NCBI GenBank assembly: GCA_964291285.2
Contig: OZ219788.1
Location: forward strand, 704,001 to 768,000
DNA: 64,000 nucleotides
Direction: 5' to 3'
From: Alphaproteobacteria bacterium
GTDB lineage: Bacteria > Pseudomonadota > Alphaproteobacteria > Bin95
Both the position numbers and the translations under genes were made by a program. Numbering within the stretch: position 1 is the first letter of the stretch; each line of letters opens with the position of its first letter. The notes below the pieces were generated by a model. It saw only the letters and a list, made by a program, of their open reading frames with translations, was not told where the DNA came from and searched no databases. Below are positions 50,602 through 61,353 of the stretch, piece after piece.

Positions 50602-52767
50602 TCAGCCGGCAGCCTTGGCCTCGGCGCGGCGGCGGTGGAGCACCGGCTCCGTATAGCCGGAGGGCTGCTCGCGGCCCTGGAAGACGAGGTCGCACGCCGC
50701 CTTGAAGGCCGGGCCGTCGAAGGCCGGCGCCATCGGCCTGTAGGCCGGGTCGCCGGCGTTCTGCCGGTCCACCACCGCCGCCATCTTGCGCATGGTGGCC
50801 TCCACCTCCTCCTCCGTGCAGACGCCGTGGCGCAGCCAGTTGGCCATGTGCTGGCTGGAAATGCGGCAGGTGGCGCGGTCCTCCATCAGGCCGATGTCGT
50901 TGATGTCCGGCACCTTCGAGCAGCCGATGCCCTGATCGACCCAGCGCACGACATAGCCGAGGATGCCCTGGGCGTTGTTCTCCAGTTCGGCGCGAATGTC
51001 CTCCGCCGACCAGTTGGGGCGCGGCGCCACCGGAACCGACAGGATAGCGCCGAGATCGGCCCTCGCGCGGCCCGCCACCGCCTCCTGGCGCTCCTCCACC
51101 CTCACGCGGTGGTAGTGCGTCGCGTGCAGGGTGGCGGCGGTGGGCGAGGGCACCCAGGCGGTGTCGGCGCCGGCCATCGGGTGGCCGACCTTCTGCTCCA
51201 GCATGTCCGCCATCAGGTCCGGCATCGCCCACATGCCCTTGCCGATCTGGGCCCGGCCGCGCAGGCCGCAGGCGATGCCGGTATCGACGTTCCAGTCCTC
51301 GTAGGCGCCGAGCCACGGCGCGGCTTTCATGTCCGCCTTGCGGATCATCGGGCCGGCTTCCATCGAGGTGTGGATCTCGTCGCCGGTGCGGTCGAGGAAG
51401 CCGGTGTTGATGAAGGCGACCCTGTGCCGCGCCGCGCGGATGCACTCCTTGAGGTTGACGGTGGTGCGCCGCTCCTCGTCCATGATGCCGATCTTGATGC
51501 GGTGGCGTTCCAGCCCCAGCAGGTCCTCGACGCGGGCAAACAGCGTGTCCGCGAACGCGACCTCTTCCGGCCCGTGCATCTTCGGCTTGACGATGTAGAT
51601 GGAGCCGGCGCGGCTGTTGCCGTAAGCCCCGTTGCCCTTGAGGTCGTGCAGGCCGATCAGGCAGGTGAAGACGGCGTCGAGGATGCCTTCCGGCGCTTCA
51701 CGGCCTTCGCCGTCCAGCACCGCCGGGTTGGTCATCAGGTGGCCGACATTGCGGCAGAGCATGAGCGAGCGGCCGGGCAGCACGACCTCGCCGCCGTCGG
51801 GGCCGGTATAGCGGCGGTCGGGGTTGAGGCGGCGCTCGACCGACCCGCCTTCCTTGTCGAAGCTGGCTGAAAGGTCGCCCTTGATGAGGCCGAGCCAGTT
51901 CCGGTAGGCGAGCACCTTGTCCTCGGCGTCGACGGCGGCGATGGAATCCTCGCAGTCCACGATGGTGGTGACGGCCGATTCCAGCAGCATGTCGGAGACG
52001 CCGGCCCCGTCGTCGCGCCCGACCGGGTGGCTGCGGTCGATGACGATCTCGATATGCAGGCCGTTATGGCGGAGCAGCACGGCTTCGGGCGCGGCCGGCT
52101 CGCCCCGGTAGCCCGCGAACAGGCCCGGCTCCGCCAGCGGCGACCCGCCGCCCGGCAGGTCCGCGACGAGCACGCCGTCCCTCACGCGGTAGGCCAGTGC
52201 GTCGGCGTGCGAGCCGGCGGCGAGCGGCGCGGCTTCGTCGAGGAAGGCGCGCGTCCAGGCGATGACCTTGGCGCCGCGCGCCGGGTTGTAGCCGCCGGCC
52301 CGGGTCGCGCCGTCCTCCTCCGGGATGGCGTCGGTGCCGTAGAGCGCGTCGTAGAGGCTGCCCCAGCGCGCGTTCGCCGCATTGAGCGCGTAGCGGGCGT
52401 TGGTGACCGGCACGACGAGCTGCGGGCCTGCGGTGCGGGCGATCTCCTCGTCGATATGCGAGGTCTCGATGCTGAAGTCCGGCCCCTCCGGCGCGAGGTA
52501 GCCGATCTCGGCGAGGAAGGCCCGGTAGGCCTGCCCGTCCATCGGTTCGCCGCGCCGGGCCTTGTGCCAGGCGTCGATCTCGGCCTGGAGCGCCGCGCGC
52601 CGGGCGAGCAGGTCGCGGTTGACGGGCGCAAGCTCGTGCAGCAGCGCGTCGAAGCCCCGCCAGAAGGCGCCGCTCTCCATGCCGAGGCCGGGCAGGACCT
52701 CGTTCTCGACAAAGGCGTGCAGTTGGGCGGCGACCTGGCTTTGTCCGGCTCGCACTCGTTCGACCAT
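50602..52767 (-). CDS. glcB: Malate synthase G
   Basis: [53 protein letters not shown]. Confidence 0.97.
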   Translation of the reverse strand: MVERVRAGQSQVAAQLHAFVENEVLPGLGMESGAFWRGFDALLHELAPVNRDLLARRAALQAEIDAWHKARRGEPMDGQAYRAFLAEIGYLAPEGPDFSIETSHIDEEIARTAGPQLVVPVTNARYALNAANARWGSLYDALYGTDAIPEEDGATRAGGYNPARGAKVIAWTRAFLDEAAPLAAGSHADALAYRVRDGVLVADLPGGGSPLAEPGLFAGYRGEPAAPEAVLLRHNGLHIEIVIDRSHPVGRDDGAGVSDMLLESAVTTIVDCEDSIAAVDAEDKVLAYRNWLGLIKGDLSASFDKEGGSVERRLNPDRRYTGPDGGEVVLPGRSLMLCRNVGHLMTNPAVLDGEGREAPEGILDAVFTCLIGLHDLKGNGAYGNSRAGSIYIVKPKMHGPEEVAFADTLFARVEDLLGLERHRIKIGIMDEERRTTVNLKECIRAARHRVAFINTGFLDRTGDEIHTSMEAGPMIRKADMKAAPWLGAYEDWNVDTGIACGLRGRAQIGKGMWAMPDLMADMLEQKVGHPMAGADTAWVPSPTAATLHATHYHRVRVEERQEAVAGRARADLGAILSVPVAPRPNWSAEDIRAELENNAQGILGYVVRWVDQGIGCSKVPDINDIGLMEDRATCRISSQHMANWLRHGVCTEEEVEATMRKMAAVVDRQNAGDPAYRPMAPAFDGPAFKAACDLVFQGREQPSGYTEPVLHRRRAEAKAAG

Positions 52768-52805
52768 GGGATTCAAGGCTCCGGGTGAAGGGTTGGCGGG
52801 GTCTA

Positions 52806-54335
52806 TCAAGACTGCCCGCCTGCGGCAATCGCATTGGCGCGGCGGGAAGCGAACAGGAAAGCGAGCGGCGCGGCGACGACCGGCGCCAGCGTCAGCAGGT
52901 GGAAGGTGTTGAGATAGCCGATCATGCTGGACTGGAGAAACAGCGCATGGTCCAGCCGCCCGAGATCGGCGCTGCCGCCCGCATCCGCGAACGGCGCAAG
53001 CCAGGGGGCTCCGAGGCCGAAGTCGAACACGCTGACGATGCTTGTCAGCGCCACCCGCGCCTCCGCGGCCGTGTGCGCGAAGAGCAGCAGGGTGAGCGAG
53101 ATGAAGATGCTGCTGCCCAGCATCCTGAGCAGGCTGAAGACGGCATTGCCCTGTGTGAGATAGGCCGGCGGCAGGGTGGAGAAGGTCAGGATCGCCAGCG
53201 GCGTGTAGGAGAGGCCGAAGCCGAACCCGTGCATCAGGTTGGACCAGAACACGTCCTCGCTTCGGAGGTTGATGTCGAGCGACCCCATCCACACGCCCGC
53301 GCCCGCCTGTATGGCCAGGCCGGTCGCCAGGCAGAGGCGCGGGGCATGGCGGGTGAATTGCGCCACGATGAGGAAACTCAGCAGGTTGCCCACCCCGCGC
53401 GTGGCGATCAGGTAGCCGACGACCGCCTCCGGATAGCCGCGCAACTCCTGCAACAGCGGCGGGAACAGGATCATGGGCGTGAACTGGAGCATCCCCATGA
53501 CCAGGGCGAAGAAGAGGCCGAGGACGAAATTGCGGTCGGTGAAGGCGGCCGGCGCGAACAGCGGCGCGCGCGCCAGCCAGCTATGGACCAGGAACAGGTA
53601 GAAGCCCGCCGCCGCCAGCGCGGCCATGACCGCGATCTCCAGCGAATCGAACCAGTCGTTGCGCTGGCCGCGGTCGAAGAAGAGTTGCGTGGCGCCGATG
53701 GCGACGGCGAGCATGACGAAGCCGGCGGCGTCGAAACGCCGCGCCGTGCCGCGCTCCCTGTGGCCGATCGCCAGCAGGATCGGGATGCAGGCGGCAAGCC
53801 CCAGCGGCAGGATCAGGAAGAAGGCCCAGCGCCAGTCCAGCAACTCGCCGACGATGCCGCCGAAGGTCGGTCCCAGTATGGGGCCGAACACGCCGCCCAC
53901 GCCCCACATCATCACGACGAAGGGCTGCTGCTCGCGGTTGAAGCTGCCGAGCAGGATCGCCTGGCCGAGCGGGAAGATCGGCGCCCCGAACGCGCCCTGG
54001 ACGACGCGGACGGCGATCAGCGTCTCCAGCGAATCGGCGAAGCCGCACAGCACGGACGCGCCGGTGAAGCCGAGCACGGAGGCGAGCAGCAGGTTGCGCT
54101 GGCCCATCTTTCCCGCGAGCCACCCGGTCAGCGGCGTGGCGACGGCGGTGGCGACGAGATTGAGGGTGAGCACCCAGGAGATCTGGTCCTGCGTCGCCGA
54201 GAGCGCGCCCTTCATCTGCGGCAGGATGACGGTGACGCTGGTGAGCGTGACTCCGAAGAGCAGGGTGACGGACTGCACCGTCACGACGATCAGCCATTGC
54301 CGACCGGTGATCCGCGAGGGGTCGGCGGCGTTCAC
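52806..54335 (-). CDS. DHA2 MFS efflux permease
   Basis: GTG overlapping the upstream stop; [29 protein letters not shown]. Confidence 0.9.
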   Translation of the reverse strand: MNAADPSRITGRQWLIVVTVQSVTLLFGVTLTSVTVILPQMKGALSATQDQISWVLTLNLVATAVATPLTGWLAGKMGQRNLLLASVLGFTGASVLCGFADSLETLIAVRVVQGAFGAPIFPLGQAILLGSFNREQQPFVVMMWGVGGVFGPILGPTFGGIVGELLDWRWAFFLILPLGLAACIPILLAIGHRERGTARRFDAAGFVMLAVAIGATQLFFDRGQRNDWFDSLEIAVMAALAAAGFYLFLVHSWLARAPLFAPAAFTDRNFVLGLFFALVMGMLQFTPMILFPPLLQELRGYPEAVVGYLIATRGVGNLLSFLIVAQFTRHAPRLCLATGLAIQAGAGVWMGSLDINLRSEDVFWSNLMHGFGFGLSYTPLAILTFSTLPPAYLTQGNAVFSLLRMLGSSIFISLTLLLFAHTAAEARVALTSIVSVFDFGLGAPWLAPFADAGGSADLGRLDHALFLQSSMIGYLNTFHLLTLAPVVAAPLAFLFASRRANAIAAGGQS

Positions 54336-55534
54336 AAACGGTGGCTTTCCCGCGCGAAGCCCGCGAATGCGAACGCCGCGGCGACAAGCAGGCCGGAGGC
54401 GAGGTAGAGCGCCATGCGGTCGCCGCCGGCATCCACCACAAGGCCGAGCAGGACGGGGCCCAGCACATAGCCCGCATCGCCCAGCATGCGGTAGCTGCTC
54501 ATGGCGGCGGCGTTCATGCCGGGAGGCGCGTTGTCCGCCGCATAGGCTGCCGGAGCCGCCCCGCCGACCGAAGTGGCGACGCTCCATAGCGCGCAGGCCG
54601 AGGCGAACCAGAAATAGGAAGGCGCGACAGCGAACAGCAGCATCGCGCCGCCGGAAATCGCGGTCGCGGGCACGATCACATTCTTGCGCCCGAACCTGTC
54701 CGCGACCATGCCCGCAGGCCAGGCGGCGAGCAGGCCGAGAACGCTTCCGAGCGCGATGCCGAACCCGATCTCGACAGTGCCGAGACCGAGGCTGGAAGCG
54801 CCCAGGAGCGGCACGATGGTGAACAGCCCGCCGGTCCGCGAAAAGGCGTTGATGAAGCCGACCCAGCTCACGAGCAGAAAGGCGCGGTTCGAGAAGACAA
54901 GCCGCAACTGCCGCAGGAAGTCCGGAGCCGGGCCTCGGCCGCCGGGCTGCCCGTTGCCTGCCATGTCGCGGGTCTCGCCGACCGCGAACCAGGCGATGGC
55001 GCCGGCCAGGAGGCTGGCGAGCCCGCAGGCGACGAAGGGCGCTTCCAGGCCCCAGTTCTCCGCGAGCCATCCCCCGGGGAACGGCCCGATGCCGACGGCG
55101 AAGATGAATGTGCCCTGATAGATGCCGATGGCGCGCCCGCGCCATTCGGGCCGGGTGATGTCGGCGAGCACGACATGGCCGGTCGTTATGACCGCGCCCG
55201 CGCCCGCGCCTGCAATGAAGCGCGCCGCCACGAATTCCGGGAAGTCGGCCGCCCAGGCGCACCAGAGGTTGCCGGTCGTCGAAAGCAGGCCGCCGAGCGC
55301 AAGCGCCGTGCGGCGCCCGAGCATGTCGGACAGCCGTCCGATGGGCATGGCGATGAGGAAGCGCGCAAGCCCGTATATGGCGACGGCCATGCCGACCGCC
55401 GACGCGGTGACGCCGAAAGCCTGCGCGTAGAGCGGCAGCACCGGCACGATCGCCCCGAAGCCGAGTTGGTTGACGCCGATCAGCACGCACATCCAGATCA
55501 GGACGCGCCGCTCGGCTGGTGAAGGTCGCGACAT
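54332..55534 (-). CDS. MFS transporter
   Basis: GRLSDMLGRR, ADRFGRK, 12 TM. Confidence 0.9.
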   Translation of the reverse strand: MSRPSPAERRVLIWMCVLIGVNQLGFGAIVPVLPLYAQAFGVTASAVGMAVAIYGLARFLIAMPIGRLSDMLGRRTALALGGLLSTTGNLWCAWAADFPEFVAARFIAGAGAGAVITTGHVVLADITRPEWRGRAIGIYQGTFIFAVGIGPFPGGWLAENWGLEAPFVACGLASLLAGAIAWFAVGETRDMAGNGQPGGRGPAPDFLRQLRLVFSNRAFLLVSWVGFINAFSRTGGLFTIVPLLGASSLGLGTVEIGFGIALGSVLGLLAAWPAGMVADRFGRKNVIVPATAISGGAMLLFAVAPSYFWFASACALWSVATSVGGAAPAAYAADNAPPGMNAAAMSSYRMLGDAGYVLGPVLLGLVVDAGGDRMALYLASGLLVAAAFAFAGFARESHRL

Positions 55535-55600
55535 GGATGGCGATTGTAGTCCGTGTTCCCGAAGTGCGTATCGGTTCGATCCGGGCCGGTGATACTCGCT

Positions 55601-55736
55601 CCCCTCATTCCGAGTAGCGGCGCCAGCCGCGTATCGAGGGACGGCGGCCAGCGGTTCGGAGCGGTCCCCTTCGACAAGCTGAGGGCAGGCTTTCGATACG
55701 CGCCCGCTGGCGCGGTCGCTACTCAGGATGAAGGGG
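55601..55736. repeat. Composite REP/REPIN-like element
   Basis: CTCATTCCGAGTAGC..GTATCGA and TCGATAC..GCTACTCAGGATGA inverted halves, with nested CCCTTCGACAAGCTGAGGG. Confidence 0.7.
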
Positions 55737-55945
55737 CCGCTTGCGCGCCAGCGGAAGCGGCGCGCTTCGCTTCCGGCACGGTGGCGGCGGAATTGCGTGT
55801 CCCGCGCGGCCTATGCTTCAAAAGATAGCCGATGCTAATTTATGGCAAATTTCGACCTATCACATTGTTCCAAAAGTATAATTTGCATTCGTTAATTTGC
55901 CATTTTTCTTCTTTGGATACCTGACACAATCCTCTCCGGCAGCTT

Positions 55946-56884
55946 CTACCGCGTCCATGTGATACGAGTCTGCTCGTCAAGCCAGCGCCCGACTGCTCTC
56001 ATTGGGTCGTCTTCTTTCGGATGCTCGAACGCCTCCGGTGGAGGACGGGTGCCGTGCGATGGGTGCGGTGGCGGCTTTCCAAGCGCACGAAACCCGTCAC
56101 AGACTACCCCGATGTCTCCATCCGCGTTGAGAAAGTGGTCACATCCCGTGCAGTCGTCGATCACGTTGGCGTAATGATTTCCCCGCCAGACCCTCGCCGG
56201 GATCGGGCATCCGTCCACATGCCATGCGAAGCCCCGATGCACCGAAAAAAGAAGTAATCCTTCGGATAACTTTCTCCTGCGCCTTTCCTCGGCGCGCACA
56301 TTGTACAGCCAGCGCTTCTGCCTGGTTCCATCGACAACGATCTTCTCAAGCTCTGCACGGCTCAACCCGCGGTCTGTCTTTGACAGGTCGATCTCGACGC
56401 ATGACACGCCGAGGCCTCTGATTTTTCTCAGTTTCTCCTTGTCTGGGCCGTGTGTCACGGTTACTTCGACGAGTAGATTGCGCCCAGCGATCTGGACAAT
56501 CACGTCCGGGATGATCGATCCGAGTCTCCGCTCTACGGCCACGGACTCGATGAGATAGCGCCGCTCCGGTGCGATCTCAATGTGCGGAAATCCGTAGCTG
56601 GGCAGGAGTTCGACCGCTGGCAGCACAATTTCCTTCCGCGCCACGAGGATGTCCTTTGCCGCGAGGTGTAATGCCGTTTCAACTGCATGCTTGCACTCGT
56701 TCCCGCCGGCGTGCGCGAAGTGGTGCTCTACGACCTTCCCCTGCCTTGCGATCAGCGGCCCGCCGCATGTCGGACAGGTGCATGCGCATTTGAGTCCGTT
56801 CTCGGCTTCCGAGATATGCGTTGTTTCTCCGTCCGCCCCGACCGCCCAAGTCAGTCTGGCGCCGTTCGGTTTGCCTCTGGGCAT
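55946..56884 (-). CDS. CoiA-like Zn-ribbon + PD-(D/E)XK nuclease
   Basis: CPTCGGPL..HFAH..C, ETALH, IIPDV...LLVEVTVTH. Confidence 0.75.
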   Translation of the reverse strand: MPRGKPNGARLTWAVGADGETTHISEAENGLKCACTCPTCGGPLIARQGKVVEHHFAHAGGNECKHAVETALHLAAKDILVARKEIVLPAVELLPSYGFPHIEIAPERRYLIESVAVERRLGSIIPDVIVQIAGRNLLVEVTVTHGPDKEKLRKIRGLGVSCVEIDLSKTDRGLSRAELEKIVVDGTRQKRWLYNVRAEERRRRKLSEGLLLFSVHRGFAWHVDGCPIPARVWRGNHYANVIDDCTGCDHFLNADGDIGVVCDGFRALGKPPPHPSHGTRPPPEAFEHPKEDDPMRAVGRWLDEQTRITWTR

Positions 56885-56964
56885 CGGCGTGGTCTTTCCT
56901 TTGCCCTCTTTGCACGCACACTTGGGGTTCGCTGTTGATCCAGAGCAGGGTCGAACGATGTTGC

Positions 56965-58365
56965 CTAGTCGGCCGCCTCCAGACCCGTTTCGTGCCCTGC
57001 TTTTTCTAGGGCTTCAGCTTCGGCGCCGTGAGTTGCGGTTCCAAGGCCCTCCGTTCCCCGCGAGACGGGCTGCGGCGGAGGAGGATGCCACGCCTTCAGC
57101 GTTGCTCCGACAAGCTTGTAGAACTTCGGGACGATGCGCTCCAAGTCCTCGATGAAGGCTTTTGGACCGGAGAATCGCTTCCCGGGAGGCTCTTCGGTCA
57201 GCAAGACCTCGAAGGAATGCGGAAGCAGGGACGGGTTGGGGGACTGCAGCCGTCCCGGTGCCTCCCGCAGCGCGGCGACGCTTTCCGAAGTCGGCGGGGC
57301 GCGCCCCGGCCAATACGCCTGGATGCGCAGAAGGGAATCTTCCTCCTTGACCTTGAGCATTCCGAGCAGCCAGCGGACCCGGGCCTGGGTCGATTTGCGG
57401 TCCGTACGCGCCTTCAGGGCCATTGAGACGGTGATCGTCCGCCGGGCGAGGTCCGCCCGGACCGTGATGTCCGAGGCGCAGTCCGGGACACGCAGGACCG
57501 ATGTGAGCGACTGGGTTTTGATCAACTCGGCGATGCCGGCCTCGAGACGCAATTTCTGATCCGCAGCATGCTTCCGTTCAATGTGGACGGAGACGGTCCG
57601 GTTGAGACCGGACGTCATGTGGAGGCAAAGGTCGCGCTCTTCGGCGAACCAGCTTGCGACCACATCCTCGACGCCGGGCGTGTTTCTTGCCAACGGCACC
57701 CCGGACGAGGCGTGCTGAACGATATTCCGCCACTCGGGTCCCATCTGCGTGAACCGCTCGACCCCGGTGCTCGGATGGTCGAGATAGCCGCTCAACTGCT
57801 TGACAAGGAAGTCCTGCTCCGGGCTTTCCTGAACGCCTTGGTAGGCCAAGACCTCGCAGCATGTGCCCAGGTAAGCCCATGACCAGTGGTATAGGCTTAC
57901 CTTGCCGGTCAGTTGCTTCAGCCGCGGGATGGACCCGGAAACCGGCGAATAAACAGGCCGCGCGACGAAGTCGTTCGATATGGTGATGACCGCATCGATT
58001 TTGTTGTCACGGGCGAGCTTCAGATACCGCTCGACTTGCTCTGGATCGAGAGCCGTCCGGCCGACCTTGGCTTCGATCAGGGCGCACCACCTGGAACGCC
58101 CGGTCTCGACGACCAGAAGGCCGTCGGGCCGGTCGGATTTTTCCGTGTCGGTCGCTAGGCCGACTTCCGTGTAGGCCGAGACCCGCGTTCGGATTCCTGT
58201 CCTGATACCGATGCCGGCGAGCAATTCACGGTGGAGTTCGGGGACCTGTTGCAGGACCGCAAGCAGAATGGACAGGGTTCTCTCTTCCCGCCTGACATCG
58301 GCGACGACCGGAAAGAGTCTTGCGGGAGTGCCGCTGGACAGAAAGTCCGGGAGGTGGCTGCTCAT
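56965..58365 (-). CDS. PD-(D/E)XK nuclease-domain protein
   Basis: RBS GAGG; ARLFP, RPDGLL..ALIEAK..EQVERY..DAVITISN. Confidence 0.75.
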   Translation of the reverse strand: MSSHLPDFLSSGTPARLFPVVADVRREERTLSILLAVLQQVPELHRELLAGIGIRTGIRTRVSAYTEVGLATDTEKSDRPDGLLVVETGRSRWCALIEAKVGRTALDPEQVERYLKLARDNKIDAVITISNDFVARPVYSPVSGSIPRLKQLTGKVSLYHWSWAYLGTCCEVLAYQGVQESPEQDFLVKQLSGYLDHPSTGVERFTQMGPEWRNIVQHASSGVPLARNTPGVEDVVASWFAEERDLCLHMTSGLNRTVSVHIERKHAADQKLRLEAGIAELIKTQSLTSVLRVPDCASDITVRADLARRTITVSMALKARTDRKSTQARVRWLLGMLKVKEEDSLLRIQAYWPGRAPPTSESVAALREAPGRLQSPNPSLLPHSFEVLLTEEPPGKRFSGPKAFIEDLERIVPKFYKLVGATLKAWHPPPPQPVSRGTEGLGTATHGAEAEALEKAGHETGLEAAD

Positions 58366-58567
58366 GGACCTCATTTCCAATGCGGGGATAGGCAGAATGC
58401 TGGCAGCATATTCTCGTATATCGAATACTGGCAAGCTGCTGTTGTCGTGGCCATGAGTCAGCCTGCGCAGACGTTCGAACAGGCTCGGACCGTCTGCGTT
58501 CGCCGGGAGAGCCGGGGCCTCGTGACGCCGGGGCACGGCCCTTCGACGCCGCCGCAAGCCGCACAAG

Positions 58568-58604
58568 GTCCCGGATCGGCGCTGGCGCGCCGTCCGGGAT
58601 GACG
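58568..58604. repeat. REP-like palindrome
   Basis: Reverse complement GTCATCCCGGACGGCGCGCCAGCGCCGATCCGGGAC hairpin. Confidence 0.65.
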
Positions 58605-58617
58605 AGGGAGGGGGCGC

Positions 58618-59058
58618 TCAGGCGGTTTGCGCCGGCTGGCGGAGGAGGGTGCGGGCGTGGTTGTTCCTGCCAGCGAGGCCGCAGCGCCTCAGGAAGCGCT
58701 GCAACGCCCCCGCGCTGAAATGGATGCCCTCGGCCGCCAGCGCGTCCCGCAACCCGTAGCTGGAAAGCCCCGGCTGCGTCGCCAGGATACGAAAGACGAT
58801 GTCCCGGCGCCGCTCGATTCGCGACTCGCTGCCGCCCTGCCTGCCGGGCCGTAGATGGCCGACCTCCCGGAACTGCTTCAGCCACCGCTGGACGCTTCTC
58901 TCCCCCACCCCGAAAGTCCGCGCCGCGGCCGCTATGGTCGCGCCGCCGCGCAGCACGGCCGCCACCGCCAGGCCGCGGACCTCCAGGCTCGCGGCCCGGC
59001 CCTGTTTCGGCGCCGGCAGCGCGTCTTCCGGCAGCGGGCCGTTCGGTTCGTTTACCAT
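58618..59058 (-). CDS. IS630-OrfA-like HTH protein with no DDE domain
   Basis: RBS GAAGGAGA; SLEVR..AVAAV..AAARTFGVGERSVQRW..G.LRP.RQGG..LRDALAAEG..LQRFLRR. Confidence 0.7.
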   Translation of the reverse strand: MVNEPNGPLPEDALPAPKQGRAASLEVRGLAVAAVLRGGATIAAAARTFGVGERSVQRWLKQFREVGHLRPGRQGGSESRIERRRDIVFRILATQPGLSSYGLRDALAAEGIHFSAGALQRFLRRCGLAGRNNHARTLLRQPAQTA

Positions 59059-59335
59059 CGGTCGTTCTCCTTCGGTCTCATTGCAACCCGCCAGCCCCCT
59101 CTCCGGGCCGTGGGCCGACAGGTTCAGTGTCGCAACGCCCGACAGGTTGGGCGCTGCAAGGCCCTCGTCCGGGGTCCGCGCAGGCGCACCCCACCGGTTT
59201 GCCGGCATGACCCTCGGCCGGCGGCCCGGCGGGTGGTGCGGACGCGCTGCACACCGGAGCGGCGACCCCGTCTGCCGCTCCCTGAGGCCCCGAACGGCCC
59301 CGGCATAAGCGCCCGCCTCATTTCGGACTGAGTGG

Positions 59336-59368
59336 GAACAAATATAGAATAAATACGGCGGATGTCAA
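59336..59368 (-). promoter_or_regulatory. Sigma70 promoter overlapped by an alphaproteobacterial LexA box
   Basis: Minus-strand TTGACA (59368-63), 16 nt, TATATT (59346-41); GAAC-AAATATA-GAAT at 59336-59350. Confidence 0.6.
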
Positions 59369-59447
59369 CCGTCGTGTGGAATTATTTCCAGGGTCTGCTT
59401 TATACCGGCGCCGCCGCCGCACGCGGGGGCAGGCGCGGCTTATGCCT

Positions 59448-60401
59448 TCAAAGCAGTCCGGCGGCTTCCGCCCGCAGCGTCACGATGGCCCTCATGGCGT
59501 CGATCAGCGGCGTCGGCACGCCCTCCGCCGCGCCGATTTCGCCGACGCAGGTGAGCAACGCCGCAATCTCGGGCGGCTTGGCGTTTTCGAAGTCCTGGAG
59601 CATGGAGGTCTTGAAGGCGCCGAGGCTGCGGCCCAGCTCGACCCGCGCCTCGAGCGAAATGACCGGTTCGATGCCGAGGGCGCGGCCGACGGCCGTCGTC
59701 TCCGCCATCAGCGCCATGGCGGCGTCCAGCGCGCCGTCGGGCGAGAGAATCCGGTCGAGCGTAGCTCCCGTGACCGCGCTGATCGGATTGCCCGAGAGAT
59801 TGCCGAGCAGCTTGCTCCAGACCTCCGCGCGGATGTCGTCGGAGCGCTGCACCTGGAAACCGCCTGCCTCGAACGCGGCGGCGAGCGCAGACAGGTCCAT
59901 CGCGCCGGGACTGCCGAGGATCACGCGGTCTCCGGGGCCGGCATCGATACGGCCGGGCTCCGGCACGGTCGCCCAGAGATGCAGCACGGCGCCGACCGCC
60001 TGGTGCGAAGGAAGCGCGGCCTCGATCCGGCCCTCCGGGTCCAGGCAGGCGATCCGCCGGCCGCCGAGGCCGTGAAAGAACCACCAGGACAGGCCGTTCA
60101 TGGCGGTGACGATGGCCGTTTCGGGGCCGATCATCGGCGTCAGCGACGGTGCCAGCCTTGCAAGCGCCGGTTCCTTCACGGCGATAATCACCGCATCCTG
60201 GACGCCGAGCGCAGCGGGATTGTCATCGACGGCGATCCGGGCCTCGTGCCGCTCGCCCTTGAAGTCGAGGATCACGCCGCGCGACCGGACCGCCTCCAGG
60301 GTTGCGCCGCGCGCGAGCCCGGATACCTCCGCGCCGCCGCGCGCAAGCAGGGCGGCGATCATGCCGCCCATGGCGCCAAGTCCGGCAACGGCGATTTTCA
60401 T
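59448..60401 (-). CDS. Ketopantoate reductase family protein
   Basis: GLGAMG, IAVK, AMNG.SWW, WSKLLGN, KTSMLQD. Confidence 0.88.
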   Translation of the reverse strand: MKIAVAGLGAMGGMIAALLARGGAEVSGLARGATLEAVRSRGVILDFKGERHEARIAVDDNPAALGVQDAVIIAVKEPALARLAPSLTPMIGPETAIVTAMNGLSWWFFHGLGGRRIACLDPEGRIEAALPSHQAVGAVLHLWATVPEPGRIDAGPGDRVILGSPGAMDLSALAAAFEAGGFQVQRSDDIRAEVWSKLLGNLSGNPISAVTGATLDRILSPDGALDAAMALMAETTAVGRALGIEPVISLEARVELGRSLGAFKTSMLQDFENAKPPEIAALLTCVGEIGAAEGVPTPLIDAMRAIVTLRAEAAGLL

Positions 60402-60408
60402 GGGTGCG

Positions 60409-61194
60409 TCAGACAATGGCGGCGCCGCCGCAGACATTGATGACCTGCCCCGTGACATAGGATGCCGCCCGGCTGGCGAGGAAGACCGCGACCGAACCGA
60501 TCTCGTCCGGATCGCCGATGCGCCTGAGCGGCAGCGCGTTGTTGACGCCCTCCAGCCGCACCGGGTCCGTCCACAGCGCCTTGGCGAAATCGGTCTTGAT
60601 GAGGCCCGGCGCAATGGCATTGGCGCGGATGTTCTTCGGTCCGTATTCTACGGCGATATTCCGCGCGATCTGGTGCTCGGCCACCTTCGAGATCGCGTAG
60701 GCCCCGAGCGTGGTGTTGCCCTTCAGGCCCGCAATCGAAGCGATGATGATGATCGATCCCCCGCCGGCGGTTTCCATATGGGGCAGGGCGAGCATGCACA
60801 GCCAGTGGGTGGAGCGGATATTCGTCTCCATGATCTTGTCGAACGCCGAGTCCGGGATCCCGGCAATCGGCCCGTAATAGGGGTTGGCGGCCGCGTTGGG
60901 CACCGCGATGGTCAGCTTGCCCCACCGGTCCACCGCGCAATCGACCAGCTTCTGCAGCTGGTCCTTGTGGCCGACATGGGCCGGACAGGAGACCGCTTCC
61001 GCCCCGTTTCGCGCCCATTTTTCGTTGATTTCGGCGGTTACTGCATCGCAAACATCCGCCTTGCGCGAGGAGACCACGACATGCGCGCCGGCCTCCGCCA
61101 GGCGGCAGGCGATTGCCTTGCCGATGCCCTTTGTGGAGCCCGTGACGACGGCGACCTCACCCGAGAGATCGAACAGCGAATCGGAGTGCGACAT
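60409..61194 (-). CDS. SDR oxidoreductase
   Basis: TGSTKGIG, NAAANP, YAISK, IAPGLIKT. Confidence 0.93.
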   Translation of the reverse strand: MSHSDSLFDLSGEVAVVTGSTKGIGKAIACRLAEAGAHVVVSSRKADVCDAVTAEINEKWARNGAEAVSCPAHVGHKDQLQKLVDCAVDRWGKLTIAVPNAAANPYYGPIAGIPDSAFDKIMETNIRSTHWLCMLALPHMETAGGGSIIIIASIAGLKGNTTLGAYAISKVAEHQIARNIAVEYGPKNIRANAIAPGLIKTDFAKALWTDPVRLEGVNNALPLRRIGDPDEIGSVAVFLASRAASYVTGQVINVCGGAAIV

Positions 61195-61353
61195 GGAGAT
61201 ACGCCCGTTTCCTCGTTAATTTTTGCCTGCGGGCCGGTTATGGCTTGTCGAAGTCCGCGACACAACCGGTCAAGTCAGGGCGAATTAATTGTCTGCCTTT
61301 GGGCCATGTTGAGGTGGGGTCCGGGGTGGCTATTTTTTTCTTGATATGGCAGT

